The notes beneath the pieces were generated by a model. It saw nothing but the letters and a program-made list of their open reading frames with translations, was not told the origin of the DNA and did not search any database. From the NCBI GenBank assembly GCA_036785375.1, contig JAWMAR010000069.1, positions 4,712,001-4,776,000 on the forward strand: a DNA stretch of 64,000 nucleotides, written 5' to 3'. A program made the position numbers and the translations under genes. The DNA comes from Leucoraja ocellata. Taxonomy: Eukaryota. Within the stretch, counting starts at the first letter, position 1. Each line of letters opens with the position of its first letter. Positions 1 to 13,308 of this stretch are shown here, piece after piece.

Positions 1-871
1 TTTGCACAACTTGCTGGAGAAGGATCAACCTGCAGTGTGTGTAGCTCTGAAGCTAATTTATTTGAGGAGATGTTTCATATTTTGAAACCGCATTCACTTG
101 TAGTCAGACTTCACATGTAATGCCTGAATGAGACTTGCTAAACAGCAAGGAAAGCTCTTGGGTATTTGTGACCTTAATCAGCTGCTGGTTCAACTTTTTA
201 ATATCTTTTGAATGAAGTAATCAAATCCCGTTTTCATTAAAGTTAGAGGTTTCTGAATGAATATTCCACCTAACTTCTCCTGCTTAAATGATCACCAGCC
301 CTGCTAATATTAGGGGAAATAGATCCATCTTTTAGTTATTGCTATTTTTTATTGCAAGGTAGGGTTGATTGCAAAGGTACAATTTTAAAATTTCACACAG
401 GTTTAATATTTTTCTCTAATTACCAGTATTTAGATAATGTAGCGTTCACAGTTTTGCACAGCTAGTTTAAAAATGAGAACTCCCTGTGAAATGAGAAAAT
501 TACTACGGGGCATTTTTGCAGGACTGTCGCGACCTCAAAATAGGAGTCAATTAAACAGGATAGAAGTTGTTTCCAAACTCAAGAGGGTGGAATCATTGGC
601 ATTTTCCTGGTTAGGTTTGGAGCCCCCAATCATTAAGTTTATTCAAGTCAAGGAATAAGTGTAGTCATTAAAGTTAGAGATAGCAGAATAAGCTAGAACA
701 TGTCCTGAACTGGCGTTTTCTACCCCTGATTTGCAATGAATGGATAACTCAGTCTCACATGGAAAATCTTGTTGTTCAATACATGCAAAAATCTCCTCTC
801 ACTCAATAAGGCTGTGTTAGGATAGAATAAGGATATTAATTCCTTGAATAATTTTATTTTTTGTGAGATAT

Positions 872-1183
872 GGGCAGCACAGTGGTGCAGCAGTAGAGTT
901 GCTGCCTCACTGTGCCAGAGACCAGGGTTTGATCCTGACTACGGGTGCTGTCTGTACGATGTTTGCACATTCTCCCTGTGACTGCATGGGATTTCTCCGG
1001 GTGCTCTGGTTTCCTCCCACATTCCGAAGTTGTGCAGGCTTGTAGATTAATTCACTTTCATAAATTGTCCCTACTTCGTAGGATAGAACTAGTGTATGGA
1101 TAGAAGGATAGAACTAGTTGTTCGGCATGGACTCGGTGGGGCCAAAGGGACTGCTTTATGTTGTATCTCTAAACTAAACTAAA
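872..1183 (+). mobile_element. tRNA-derived V-SINE (HE1-like), near full length
   Basis: A-box-like GTGGTGCAGCAG and B-box-like GGTTTGATCC head; V-domain (GTTTGCACATTCTCCCTGTG...GGTTTCCTCCCACA); CR1-like tail ending (TAAAC)n. About 40 homologous copies in the window. Confidence 0.9.
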
Positions 1184-1288
1184 TGTAATTTTTTTTTTAA
1201 TTATCCGCCTCCTAAGGAAATGTATTTCCTGATAAGGCACTTGAGCAAAAAATGACACAAACTGCTGGATTAACAGCAGCAACAACAG

Positions 1289-1825
1289 CTATGCTTCACC
1301 CTCGTTAGACCTCATTTGGACTACGCAGTTGCAGCATGGGACCCATACACAAATAAAAACATTTCATCCATCGAACGTGTCCAAAGACAGGCAGCTCGAT
1401 TTGTTACTAACACCTATGAGAGAGAAACGAGTGTCACCAAACTTCTGAATTCTCTGGGGTGGAAGGAACCCTCTCCAAGACAGACGTGAAGCTTATCGTT
1501 TGACCTGTTTTTACAAAATGTTAAATGGTCAACTCGACATAGATTACAAGACCTACACCAAACCCAAACTAATTAGGAGCAGACATGGGCATTCGATCCA
1601 ATTTGTGATCCCAGCTACAAAGACAGATGTGTACAGCAATTCGTTCTTCCCCCGCACAATTAAAGCATGGAATAATCTCCACCCTACTATAGTTACCCAA
1701 CCAGATGCAACTAAATTTAAAGTAGCTCTTTCTTCCCCATAACCCTTTCTGGCTTAAGTCCTCCCTTCACCACCTCCAGTTTAAATTCCATTTCGAATAT
1801 TTTGGAGGACCAAGAAACCCAGAAC
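1289..1825 (+). mobile_element. 5'-truncated CR1/L2-group LINE, ORF2 C-terminus and tail
   Basis: Reads LVRPHLDYAVAAWDPY...IERVQRQAARFV, then after a frameshift SFFPRTIKAWNNL (ORF 1500-1742). Flanked by repeated CAACAACAG, a probable TSD. Confidence 0.85.
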
Positions 1826-2041
1826 AACAACAGAAATACACACCTTTGATTGCAGCTGGGCTGTGCTAGTTTTACATCTCATGTCAGGGAGTTTATTTGA
1901 GATGACAATAACATATCTACACTTACGGGATAACTGAATTAAAAAAATAAAGAAACACTCACCTGGTAAGGCAGAATCAATGGTCAGCGAAGTAAATCAT
2001 CTGTTTCAGTCTGGGTCTCTTCACATAGTATTTGGGATAAC

Positions 2042-2239
2042 TTGTGTCGGAATGAACTGCAGACGCTGGTTTAAACTGAAGATAGACACAAAATGCTGGA
2101 GTAACTCAGTGGGAGAGGCAGCTTCCCTGGATCTCTTCAGACCTGAAGAAGGGTCTTGACTCAAAACGTCACCCATTCCTTCTATCCAGTGATGCTGCCT
2201 GTCCCGCTGTGTTACTCCAGCATTTTGTGTCTATCTGTC
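2042..2239. mobile_element. Penelope-derived inverted pseudo-LTR mini-element with degenerate hammerhead motif
   Basis: Inverted arms GACACAAAATGCTGGAGTAAC / GTTACTCCAGCATTTTGTGTC; CTGAAGAAGGGTC..AAAACGTC; 13-bp TSD TATTTGGGATAAC at 2029-2041 and 2240-2252. Confidence 0.8.
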
Positions 2240-2319
2240 TATTTGGGATAACCTCTTGTTTGTTCTCTGTGATCGCCTGGTGGGAATTAAAGGCAACCTA
2301 GGCCTTGCATGATATTCGT

Positions 2320-2697
2320 CAGACTTTTCCAAGCCGCTGAGGAATGTTTCACCCGACGCCGATGTTCCATCTTTACGGCAAGAGGGCCCTGAAAATCATT
2401 GGACTGGCTGCACGGCCACAGATGTGCCCTGACCTTGGGTGTTTCACAGAGGAAGAGGACTTAACTTTCTGGTGCCTTTCCCCCACAGTGGAAATGTTTT
2501 GATTCTGCTGTGGGGGGACGTTTGTGTTGAACTCTATAGTATGTTGTGTCCATTTTTTATTCTTTTTTTTTTAAACCTTTTTCTAAGGTTTGCAATGGAA
2601 CTTATTATTTAATTTATGTGAAGCACTTTGGGGTCAATGCAAGTTGACTTAAAATGTGCTATATAAATAAAGTTTACTTACTTACTTACTTACTTAC
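2320..2697 (+). mobile_element. Non-autonomous L2-tailed retroposon, family A
   Basis: Ends in AAGCACTTTGG...AAATGTGCTATATAAATAAAG plus (TTAC)n, an L2-type tail. An inverted copy lies at 57746-58112. Confidence 0.75.
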
Positions 2698-2877
2698 CAG
2701 GAATAACTTGCCAGCCAGTGCTCAGCAACCTGGGAGTGATGAGTTATTGGAGAACAGATGACCTTGAAACTAGCGCACAGCCATAATCATCGCCTTTAGT
2801 TCTACAGATGCAAACTTATTTAGTGCCTTCAAACCTCCTGAGAAAATGATTAGTTGTCAGGTTAAGTAATGCTTGGA

Positions 2878-3188
2878 GATTAGTTCAGTTGAGAGGTACA
2901 ACATAGAAAAGAGCCCATCGGCCAATCGAGTCCACACCCACCCTCAATCATCCATTCACATCAGTTCCTTGTAATCCATTTTCCTCTCCACTCCTTACAT
3001 ATTAGGAGGAATTCACAAAGGTCTATTAAGCTACAAACCCACAAGACTTTGGGTTGTGGGAGGAAATCCCACGAGGTCACAGGGTGAAAACGCACATTCC
3101 ATACAGGTAGCACGCAAGATCGGGATCAAACCCAGGTCTCTGGCACTGTGAGGTAGCAGCTCTAACAGCTATGCCACTATGCTGCCCT
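2878..3188 (-). mobile_element. V-SINE, diverged
   Basis: Reverse-complement similarity to the copy at 872-1183. Confidence 0.8.
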
Positions 3189-4029
3189 GACTTGGCATTG
3201 ATTGGAACGGGTAAAATGGAGCATCATTTCAACATTTTAATATCGTTTTCTGGAACCACAACATTTTTCCACATAGAAACAATCGTCAAATTGATCAGAT
3301 GTGGAGCACACAATGTCTGTTGAAGCACTCCACACAACTGTGAAGCACACAATGTCTGCTGGCATGGGAGCACTGACATTGCTGGGTGTGGGAGTTGAGG
3401 AAGTGTGTGTTTAATCTCTGCAGATCGGGTCCCAATTTTGTTTAGTTTTCCTCGGCCTCCCGTCTGTGGCCAGTCCGTGAGTGTGTCTCTCGTTCTGACC
3501 CTGAAGGGTTTGCGGGGAGAACCAGATGTTGTTGAGCGATGCAGATTACTATCGGCTGCTAACTCGGCAGCTATTGGGTTTCTGGCCACCTGTTGTATGT
3601 CTTCAGCTGCTGGCTTAAGGCAGGATTGGGTGAGTCGGAACAAGGGACAAAGATCTTGCTTAAAAATGAAAACATTGATTCTTGCTCCATTACACGTCCT
3701 TTTCTAAGTCGTTAATTAGATGGAGCCAGGGAATTCAACCATGTTTTCCCATGTGCCATGTGACACTGCAGGGATAAGCTGATGATCATTTTATTTGGAA
3801 AAGCTTTTATCTAACTTTCAGAAGTTCAGACCTAAATTTTGGGCTCAATTTGGTGAAACCCTGTATACCCATTTTTAGTTTGGAGCCCCTTGGAATTAAT
3901 ATTTGTTTTGGTATAGGGGGTTGCATCTTGATTTGTTATTCCCATGTAGAGTCATTTCTCTTTACTTTACACTTTAGAGATACAGTGTGGAAACAGGCCC
4001 TTCAGCCAACGATTACCCCATACATAAGG

Positions 4030-4455
4030 TCATAAGAAATAGGAGTAGAATTAAACCATACGGCCCATCAAGTCTACTCGGCCATTCAATCATGGCTGAT
4101 CTATCTCTCTCTCCTAACCCCATTCTCCTGCCTTCTCCTCATAACCTCTGACACCTGTCCTAATCAAGAATCTACCTATCTCTGCCTTAAAAATATCCTT
4201 GCCCTCTACAGCCTTCTGACTGAACACCACCCTCTGACTAAAGACATTTCTCCTCATCTCCTTCCTAAAAGGACATCCTTTAATTCTGAGACTGTGACCT
4301 CTAGTCCTTGACTCTCCCACAAGTGGAAACATCCTTTCCACACCACTCTATACAAGCCTTTCACTATTCTGTATGCTTCAATGAGGTCCCCCTTATAAAC
4401 TCCAGCGAGTACAGGCACAGTGCCGCAAAATGCTCATCATAGGTTAACCTACTCA
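4030..4455 (-). mobile_element. CR1 (HER1-like) LINE 3' fragment
   Basis: ORF 4114-4341 reads ESRTRGHSLRIKG..FRKEMRRNVFSQRVV; CR1 3'UTR follows. Confidence 0.9.
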
Positions 4456-4569
4456 AGGAAGCTGGATATAAGGTGCAAAACACACTGACTTTTTTCTTTG
4501 GTTTGAATGTAGCACCTAAGGATGTAATGGAAAATTACCTCTGCTGACAGAGTTGTAAGTGACTTATAT

Positions 4570-4730
4570 TGTTTGGTTTAATTTATTGTCACATGTACCG
4601 AAGTACCGTGAAAAGCTTTTGTTGCGTGATAATCAGTTAGCGGAAAGATTATACATGATTATACAATCGAGCCATTCACAGCGTATAGGTACATTATGAA
4701 GGGAATAAAGTGCAAGATAAAGTCCAGGAA
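4570..4730 (-). mobile_element. Rex1/Babar-type 3' UTR fragment
   Basis: Minus-strand tail ...TACATGTGACAATAAA. Homologous to 10965-11255, 21248-21460, 43820-44052, 53727-54060 and 55830-56140, several of which retain KRYRS.K..TSR coding remnants. Confidence 0.7.
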
Positions 4731-6877
4731 ATGGACTGGAATGGACTGATGCTGCTGTTGGTTGTAGGCACAGGATCACTGGATCACATGAGGGCATCAC
4801 AACTCATCAACAATCTCCCTGAAGGAAAGGGAGGGAGAATGAAAAGTGAGGGTTAATCCTAAATCCAAGAACTCCCAAGATGTTGAAATGACGGCTTATC
4901 ACATTGGCTGTAGCTTTAACTAATTTCCCAGGACTTCGAGGCTCCTAGATTTCATTCTTTTTCAGGATGGCTTATTGGCTTTCAAAAGTAATGTTTCAAG
5001 TCGCCTCTGCATTGTTCCTTGTTTCATCCTGGCCTCGGGTTAATTTTCCACTTTGATGTTTCATACGATGAGAACTTATGTTTGACATCGGTGTCCTGAT
5101 CAATTGAACTCTCTCGCACCGTGGGCTGCAAGTTTGTAACCTGTCACGGATAGATCTGGTAAAAGAGAAGTGGATGTCTCCTAGATTTACACAACCTTTA
5201 TTCCTTCATAGCTCCAGTCAGAAGTTGACTGTGGACTGTGGTCAATGGTTCATTTATAGATCTCCTGAATTGCATGAATGCTGAAGAGGAGTTGAAATGG
5301 CAGATCTGGAGATGTACTATAATCACCTTTCCACTCGTCTCTGCTGCAGTGAGAATCGGGGAACTACATTTTTTATATTTAGCACATCTGAGCAATTTTC
5401 CTTTTATATTTTTCTGCTGCATCTTAATTCTAATTACGTTGATTTGTTTTTTGTCCCTGTTTGAAGTTTATTAAGCAGAATATTTTTTATTTATTGTCAT
5501 TTTTGCTGGCTCTTGCCAGCTTTTCCAATTACTGCAGCAGCTCCTTGTAATTGCTTCTGGTAATGGCTGTGAACAATTGCGCAAAATGAGCTGCCTGGAT
5601 GGCTTGTGTGATTCACTTCATTAAAAGCTAATGTATTCCAACTTAAGCAGTCGGCTAGTCATGAGCAAAAAGAACAAGTACATGGTTTCGCCTTTAGTGT
5701 TTTGGTCTAAAATTAATTTTAATTTACATTTTGAGTTTTCTGTGCTGCTATCTGTTGGAAATGGAGTCATCAAAACCAAAATTATTTTTTAATTTTACCA
5801 TAAATTGGACATTCAGGATTAAAACATTAGAATTAGTTGTTATTGTATCCCTTCTACAAGAATATTCCCGCCAGATTCTCCTAACACTTCATTCTTGTCC
5901 ATGCAAGTTGGAACTAGTAATTTTACTATTTTATATATCTAATCTGTTTTAAGTAACGAGATAGCTATTCCTTCAGAGCATCAGACTTGTAGTAACTAAT
6001 GGGATTTGAACTGAAATCGAACTACTCAGAGGATCCAAATATCACAACATGAATGGGATAGAATGACAGGCCTTCTGCTGGAGAATATTGAACATGTTGC
6101 AAGAGGCTTCCTCCAAGAATTCCCAGGATGTTTTTTTCTGTTGGAACTAGAGTCACCAAGGCCAAAAGAACATGGGAGCTAGTTGATATTGTATCCATTT
6201 TACACGAATAGTTGTGTCATAAGTGATAGGAGCAGAATTAGCCAATCGGCTCATCAAGTATCGGATTATTTCGGAGTGCCCAAGCTGTAAACCATGCCAG
6301 AGTGAAAAGGGAACTGGTGTATATGGCTTGGACAATGGAACAAAAAAGACTAGCATTAGGCAGTGTATGAGTGTGGCCTGGTGGTTGATCCTCAGATCCA
6401 CCTCTTTTCCCCTTGGGCTGTGGGTGGGTTTAGGAAGAAATGTCAAAGGTTACCTTTGGTCACGTCTGCATATGATCCATTGAGTTGCCATATTGCCAGC
6501 TATTTGTGGTCTTCAATGTTTCTTTATGGTCACGTAGGCACTGCACTGTGAAATTCTTTTGCATAGATCACACATACATGAATTGCCATATTTTGGCGGC
6601 ATTTACACAAGTCCAAAGCCAGGTCTACGTTGTGAAGAGGATCCCGATCCACTCTCCTGATCCAGGTTTTAAACTATAGTTAAATTACACAAAACACGTT
6701 CCAAGTCTACCGTTTCATCTGATTAAACTCTTTTCAATATCTTCCATCCTTCGCGCTATTTATATTTCTCTTCCTTTTATCTCTGATTAAAACTATTTCT
6801 GGGCACTAAACCCTGGATGTTGTCTTTTTGTCACAAACATGCATCGCTTTAAATATCTGGAATCTGGATATTTGATT

Positions 6878-7178
6878 GGGAGATACAGCATGGAAACAGG
6901 CCCTTCAGCCCACAAAATTCACACCGACTGAACACCCATTCGCATTAGTTCCATGTTATCCCATTTTCTCATCCACATCCCAATGCACTGGGAACAATTT
7001 ACACCAGCCAATTAACCTACAAACCTGCGTATCTTTGGGAATGGGTAGGATTCCGTAGCATCCAGAGCAGTCACAAGGAAAACATGCAAACTCAACATAG
7101 GCAGCACCTGAGGTTCGGATGGAATATGGGTCTCTGGTGCTATGGTGCAGCAGCTCTATCAGCTGTGTCACTGTGCCC
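6878..7178 (-). mobile_element. V-SINE
   Basis: Reverse-complement match to the SINE consensus. Confidence 0.85.
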
Positions 7179-7417
7179 CTCACACTTCCTGGGATAACCC
7201 CAATTGTGTTGGCTCCTTCGTTTTAATTAATTGCTTGTACATTAATACCTTTGAATGGTTTGAACTGTTGACTATCGATCAGCAAGTAGGTGAAAATTTG
7301 AAACAAAGGTGCTGTAATTTGGAATAGCTCGATGTGGATGTGATAAAAGTGATCCTGATGTCAGTTTGTCCATGCCTCATCAAGGGTGTTTGCTTTTTTT
7401 TCCACACTTGAAACTTT

Positions 7418-7730
7418 GGGCGGCACAGTGTCGCAGCGATAGAGTTGCTGCCTTACTGTTCCAGTGGCCCGGGTTTGATCCTGACTAAGGGTGCTGTAGG
7501 TATGGAGTTTGTACGTTCTTCCTGTGACCACATGGGTTTTCTCCAGGTGCTCTAGCTTCCTTCCATATTCCAAAGACATGCTGGTTTATAGGTTAATTGG
7601 CTTTTGTAAATTGTTCCTAGTGTGTAAGATAGAACTAGTGTAGGATAGAAATAGTGGTGATATTTGGTTGGCGGGGACTCGGTGAACTGAAGGACCCAAT
7701 TCCACACTATGTCTCAAAACTAAGCTAAAC
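7418..7730 (+). mobile_element. V-SINE
   Basis: tRNA head, V-domain and tail all present. Confidence 0.9.
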
Positions 7731-8431
7731 TCAACGTGTGTGTATATATATGTGTGTGTTTTTTTGATGAGTATACATTGACACATGACTGAGTGTCAAC
7801 CCCCTCCATTGCCTAGACCCTGACAAAGTATCTGAGTCTTTCTCTGGTATATTGCAAGGTCAAACCTTTTTTTCTGTAGTCTTCCAAGCTTAGCCTCGTA
7901 CGATTTTTATACAATTTTCTTTGAAAATTACCATTTGTATCTTCTAATATCCTCTCAGGCAATGAATTCAATTTCATGAGTTTGCAGGTCTCAACAAAAA
8001 AAAGTTATCTTTTGCTATCTCTGTCAAACCCCTTGTTCTTCTTGGAGCAGATGTGATTGATCCCTGCTTACCTAATTTCTGCAGGAAACTACATCCATAT
8101 TATAATTTTGAGGAAATCTCTTTGTGCTCTTTCCATTGCCTTGATTTCTTTCCTACTGTGCTGAGTTCAGATCTGAATACTCAGCTGGGGTCTAACCTGC
8201 GAATTAATGAAGTTGTGCAGTATTATATTCTTTTTGTCCTTGTATAATAATCCCAGGACCCTTTGTGATATTTGAGCAGTCTTATCAACTTATTTTAAAG
8301 TCTATGTGGACCATCCCACTTAAAATTCCTCCTCCTCATTCTATCCCCCATCAGAATGCTCAGTGCTTTATGTATTGTCTGCTGTGAATCTTTCCTTATT
8401 TATGGCTAATCTTTGTTTGGCTGCTCGCTAT

Positions 8432-8850
8432 ATTTAGTTTAGTTTAGAGATACAGCATAAAAAAGGGTTTTTTATGCTTTCGACTCCCCTTGAGCCAACC
8501 AGCGATCCCCTTATCCCAGCACTATCCTACATACTAGACAATGTATCGTTTTTTTTAACCAAAGCCAATTGACCTACAAACCTACACGTCTTTAGAGTGT
8601 GGAAGGAAACTGGAGCACCTGGAGAAAACCCACGCAGGTCACGGGAGAACGTACAAACTCCATACAGACAGCACACGTGGTCAGGGCCAAACCCGGGTCT
8701 CTGGCGCTGTAAGGCAACAACTCTACCGCTGCGGAGGTAGACAAAAATGCTGGAGAAACTCAGAGGGTGAGGCAGCATCTATGGAGTGAAGGAGATAGGC
8801 AACGTTTTGGGTCGAAACCCTTCTTCAGACTCTACCGCTGAGCCACCGCG
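8432..8850 (-). mobile_element. V-SINE with nested Penelope hammerhead repeat (8732-8828)
   Basis: The SINE is interrupted, and a 12-bp TSD ACTCTACCGCTG lies at 8720-8731 and 8829-8840. Confidence 0.85.
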
Positions 8851-9167
8851 CTGGCCACAGAAGTTAACTTCTGTGAAATTAAAAAATACGCCCTTTTATA
8901 TTCGGAACCAATACGCTGTATATCGAAGAGAGTAGTGGTCCTCACACCAGCATCTAGGGATTGTACTTCCCTTAGTCTGAAAGCTGCCTTTTCACCATTA
9001 CTCTGATTTCTGTTACTGAACCAGCTTTGTATCAGTCCTGCTCGTACTGCAGTTCAGGTTTCGACTGGGTGTATCTTGTGGCACTTCATCATGACATCAT
9101 TTGATATTCTGCATTAGCAACATCAACAATATTGTGTACATCAGCATTCTCCATTATTTTATCGTAT

Positions 9168-9483
9168 GGTGACACAGTGGCGCAGCTGGTAGAACCGCTG
9201 CCTCGCAGCACAAGATACCAGGGCTCTATCCTGATCTTGGGTGCTCTCTGTGTGGAGTTTGCACATTCTCCCTGTGACTGCGTGACTTTCCTTCCGTTGC
9301 ACCGGTTTCCTCCCACATGCCAAAGAAGTGTGGGTTGGTAGGTTAATGGCCTCATTAAATTGCTCCAAGTGTGTAGAGAATGGAAGTGACTAAAGAACTA
9401 GTTTGAATGGGTGTTCGATGGTCAGCATGGACTTGGTGAGCTGAAGAGTCTATTTCCATGCTGTATCTCTGAGCCAAACTAAA
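9168..9483 (+). mobile_element. V-SINE
   Basis: Match to the SINE consensus. Confidence 0.85.
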
Positions 9484-9689
9484 ATTAATTTGTTTAACTG
9501 TCATTGATCTATAGGAAGTTTAATATGCCAGAACGTTAGAGTTAGCTGTGACATGGAACCAGATATGTACATTGGGCACCTCGAGAGCTGGTGCTGCATT
9601 TCAGTTCGTTTTACTGATGAACCAAGAACGTTTTGGTTACTTGGGGTTTGCTAAACCAAGATTGTGTTTGGCACAAGTTGTTTCCGTTT

Positions 9690-10008
9690 TGTTTAGCTTA
9701 GTTTAGAAATACAGCATGGAGACAGGCCCTTCGGCCCTCCTTGTCCACAACGACCATTGGTCACCCTGTACGCCTGTTCTATGCCATCTCACGTTCACAT
9801 CCTGCACTCCAGGGGCAATTTACAGAGGCCAATTAACCTACAAACATGTACGCCTTTGTATTGTGGGAGGAAGCCGGAACACCCGGAGAAAACCCACGCA
9901 GTCATAAGGGGAATGTACAAACTCCGTACAGACCATACCTGTAGCCGGGCTCGAAGCTGGATATCTGGCACCGTGAGGCAGCAGCTCTACCCGCTGCATC
10001 ACTGCCAT
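9690..10008 (-). mobile_element. V-SINE
   Basis: Match to the SINE consensus. Confidence 0.85.
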
Positions 10009-10127
10009 AGCTGTGTTGTCCATAGAACTGGTTTGGAGGGATAACGGTGACCAGTCCAGTGAATTAACTTGAAACACACCATCTTCCCAGCAAATAATCC
10101 TTTTGTTATCTGAGATACCTTCCTTCT

Positions 10128-10397
10128 TTAGACTTTTACTTTAGACAACGGAAACGGGTCCTTTGCCCCGCTGAGTTTGCGCTGCCCAGCGATCACCCCG
10201 TACACTAACACTATCCTACACACCAGCGACAACTAACATTTTTTACCAAAGCCAATTAACCTGCAAACCTGTACGTCCTTGGAGTGTGAGAGGAAACCGG
10301 AGCACTCAGAGAAAACCCACGTGGTCATATGGAGAAAGTACAAACTCTGTGCAGACAGCACCCGTGGTCGGGATCGAACCCAGGTCTGTGCCGCCCT
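10128..10397 (-). mobile_element. V-SINE, 5' deleted
   Basis: Match to the SINE consensus. Confidence 0.85.
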
Positions 10398-10964
10398 TCT
10401 GTGTGCTCAGGTGTTAATACCTTTGCTGCTTTTTTGCAGGATTTGATTTGTACGCTTCTCTTTTTATTCTGACATGGAGTTCAAAGCAGTGCAACGTATA
10501 CCTGGAAACTCAGCTGTGGAAAAACAGCTGTTTAAACACTCGACTGGCTGAGTATTGCTGTTGAGAAGTGCATTACTCATCATATTGGATTCAAATCGAC
10601 TTGGCAACAGCGGCTCGTGTGTAACATTTAAAGCCCAGAATAATTTTGTAAATTATGCCTTAGCACATCGTGCAACTCTGGGTTTTAAATGTCTCGGTTT
10701 TCTATCTCACTATCCCAGGCAGCAGGATCTGTGAACCTCTCGGATTATCTGGGTAAGTGGACTGTCTTAATGGAAGGACTCCATCTTTATTCTCCACCTT
10801 TCCCCCCCCCCCCCCCACTTGCCCCACACCTCCACGTGCACCATAAGGGAGTATGGGAGGAAAGTGGAGCACCTGGAGGAAACCCACATGGTCACAGGGA
10901 GAACATGCAAACTCCGCACAGACAGCAGACTGCCATTAGAAGGAAGCAAGAGGATGCATTTATA

Positions 10965-11255
10965 GTTTAGCTCATTGAGTTTAGTTTATTGTCATGTATT
11001 CCGAGGTACGGTGAAACGCCTTCTTTGTTGAGTGCTGGCAAGTCAGCAGAAAGACAATACTTGATTACAATCAAGCCGTCCACAGTGTATAGATACGGAA
11101 TAAAGGGAATAACGTTTAGTGCAAGATAAATTCCAAAAGAGCCCGATTAAAGATAGCTTGAGGGCCCCAGTGTGGTAGATGATAGATCTGGACTGCTCTC
11201 TAGTTGGTGATAGGATGGTTCAGTTGCTTGATAACAGCTGGGTAGAAGCTGTCCA
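10965..11255 (-). mobile_element. Rex1/Babar-type 3' fragment
   Basis: Same tail family as 4570-4730. Confidence 0.7.
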
Positions 11256-11470
11256 TATGGAGTTTTCATGTCCTCCCTGTGACCGAGTGGGTTTTCTTCG
11301 GGTGCTCCGGTTTCCACCCACATTCCAAAGACGCGCAGGCTTGTAATTGTAACTTGTCTCTAGTGTGTAGGATAGTGCTAGTGTACAGGGGGTAATCACT
11401 GGTCGGCACGGACTCGGTGGGCTGAACGGCCTGTTCCTGTGCTATAACTCGAAGATTTAATCCACTATTA

Positions 11471-11717
11471 AGGGCCTGTCCCACTTGGCGATTTTTTCGG
11501 CCACTGCCGGCGTCATTGACTGACATATCAGGGTCGCCGAAAGATTTTGAACATTTCAAAATCCAGCGGTGACAAAAAAAATGTTGCGACACTTGAGGAA
11601 GCACCGCACGTCAATACGTCATCACGCCGGATCACGCCGCGACTTTTTCGGCGACCTGATACGTCAGTCAATGATGCCGGCAGTCGCCGAAAAAAAAAGG
11701 CAAGTGGGACAGGCCCT
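11471..11717. mobile_element. PIF/Harbinger-type MITE
   Basis: About 70-bp imperfect TIRs beginning AGGGCCTGTCCCACT; TTA TSD at 11468-11470 and 11718-11720. Confidence 0.85.
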
Positions 11718-12769
11718 TTACCTTGGAAAATAAAATCTGAAGATCCAAAAAAAAACCGCCTATCCATTCCTTCCACAGATGCTGCCTGCCCCGCAGAGTT
11801 ACTCCAGTACTTTGTGTTTTGCCTTGCAAAGTAAAGTTGAACTGGAAGCACTTTTCACAATGAAGATTGGGAGCTGTGGGTGGAATGGTGGCAGCAGTGA
11901 TGCAGGCATTATAGTTCATGTTTTAGGGAGTGGAACTGCGGTGTTGTGATCATATGTGGCAGAACAACAGCCGTCACACACAGCCATTTCCACAGTCAGA
12001 TTAAATCCAAGCCGAGGAGGTAATTTCCATCAGATCAGAATTAAATGGTTCTGTGTAAACAGGTCTTTAGAGAGTCTGGGAGCTGTGTTGATTTGATAAT
12101 GATTCTATTAAAACGAGATGCTGTGGGCACTGGCAGTGGCACCTCGCTGCTTTGCTATCCGAATGTAAACTTTGAAAGCGTTTGGGTGGCTGCGGGAGGC
12201 AAAGATAATTGGCCGGGCATTTGATTGGGTGATTAGGCCGAGGCTATGATGGTGATTCAATTTGCATTATTTATTCATATAGTGTCAAATCGCTGCTTTT
12301 AGACACGATGCATTTTACATTAGTCGTATAATGAAGTGAAATTAAATGAAATGTATGCGTATATTTGAAATGTGTTAACATTTGAAGCATGAACACTATA
12401 ATTACCAGTGGCATTTGTGTCTTTTCAAAGCACATCTACTTGTAATTCTGGCTTGTAGCCAACCTGGGGGGGGGTGGGGTAATGGGGGTGGTTGGGGGGG
12501 GGACAGTATTTGCGGTGTGGATGCGGGGATTGCGGGTGAAAACGATGCCAGTCGTATTTTGTTTTCAAAGTCAAGAATCAGTCTCGTGCTAATCTCGCGC
12601 TATCAATGGGTCGCAGTGTTCTAAACGTCAAACCAGCATCTACACTTGCATCTCCGTCACCCGTTTGATGCCATGTTCTCGGCACTGCCTCTCCAAGGGC
12701 AAGGCACTACATTTATATTCTGAATAGGAGACACAAAGAACTGCAGATGCTTGAAACTTACGTCAAACA

Positions 12770-13308
12770 CTTGGGCAGTGGTGCAGTGGTAGAGTTGCTG
12801 CCTTACAGTGGGTTCGATCCCGACTACGGGTGCTGTCTGTATGGTGTTTACACGTTCTCTGAGTGACCGCGTTGGTTTTCTCCGGGAGCTCCGGTTTCCG
12901 TCCACGCTCCTAAGACGTACAAGTTTGAGGCTAATTGGGCTGGTAAAATGGTAAATTAGAAACATAGAAACATAGAAATTAGGTGCAGGAGTAGGCCATT
13001 CGGCCCTTCGAGCCTGCACCGCCATTCAATATGATCATGGCTGATCATCCAACTCAGTATCCCGTACCTGCCTTCTCTCCATACCCCCTGATCCCCTTAG
13101 CCACAAGGGCCACATCTAACTCCCTCTTAAATATAGCCAATGAACTGGCCTCAACTACCCTCTGTGGCAGAGAGTTCCAGAGATTCACCACTCTCTGTGT
13201 GAAATTGTCCCTAGTGTACGTGGTGTTAGTGTGTGGGGATCGCTGGCTGGTGCGGACTTGGTTGGTCAAAAGGCCAGATTCCTCACTGTATCTCTAAACT
13301 AAACTAAA
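12770..13308 (+). mobile_element. V-SINE with nested antisense CR1 3' end (12958-13201)
   Basis: The SINE is split at AAATT. The insert encodes FTQRVVNLWNSLPQRVVEA and has a (TTCTATGT)n tail on the minus strand. Confidence 0.85.

Noticed and set aside
872-950. tRNA genes
   Set aside because: The tRNA-like A/B-box heads are SINE 5' ends that continue into V-domains. They are not standalone tRNAs.
1957-2030. Perfect minus-strand splice donor CAG|GTGAGT
   Set aside because: The upstream sequence has stops in all three frames and a TE insertion nearby, and no acceptor supports an exon.
3224-3707. Overlapping 139-aa and 100-aa ORFs as a host exon
   Set aside because: No recognisable domain and no convincing splice-site pair.
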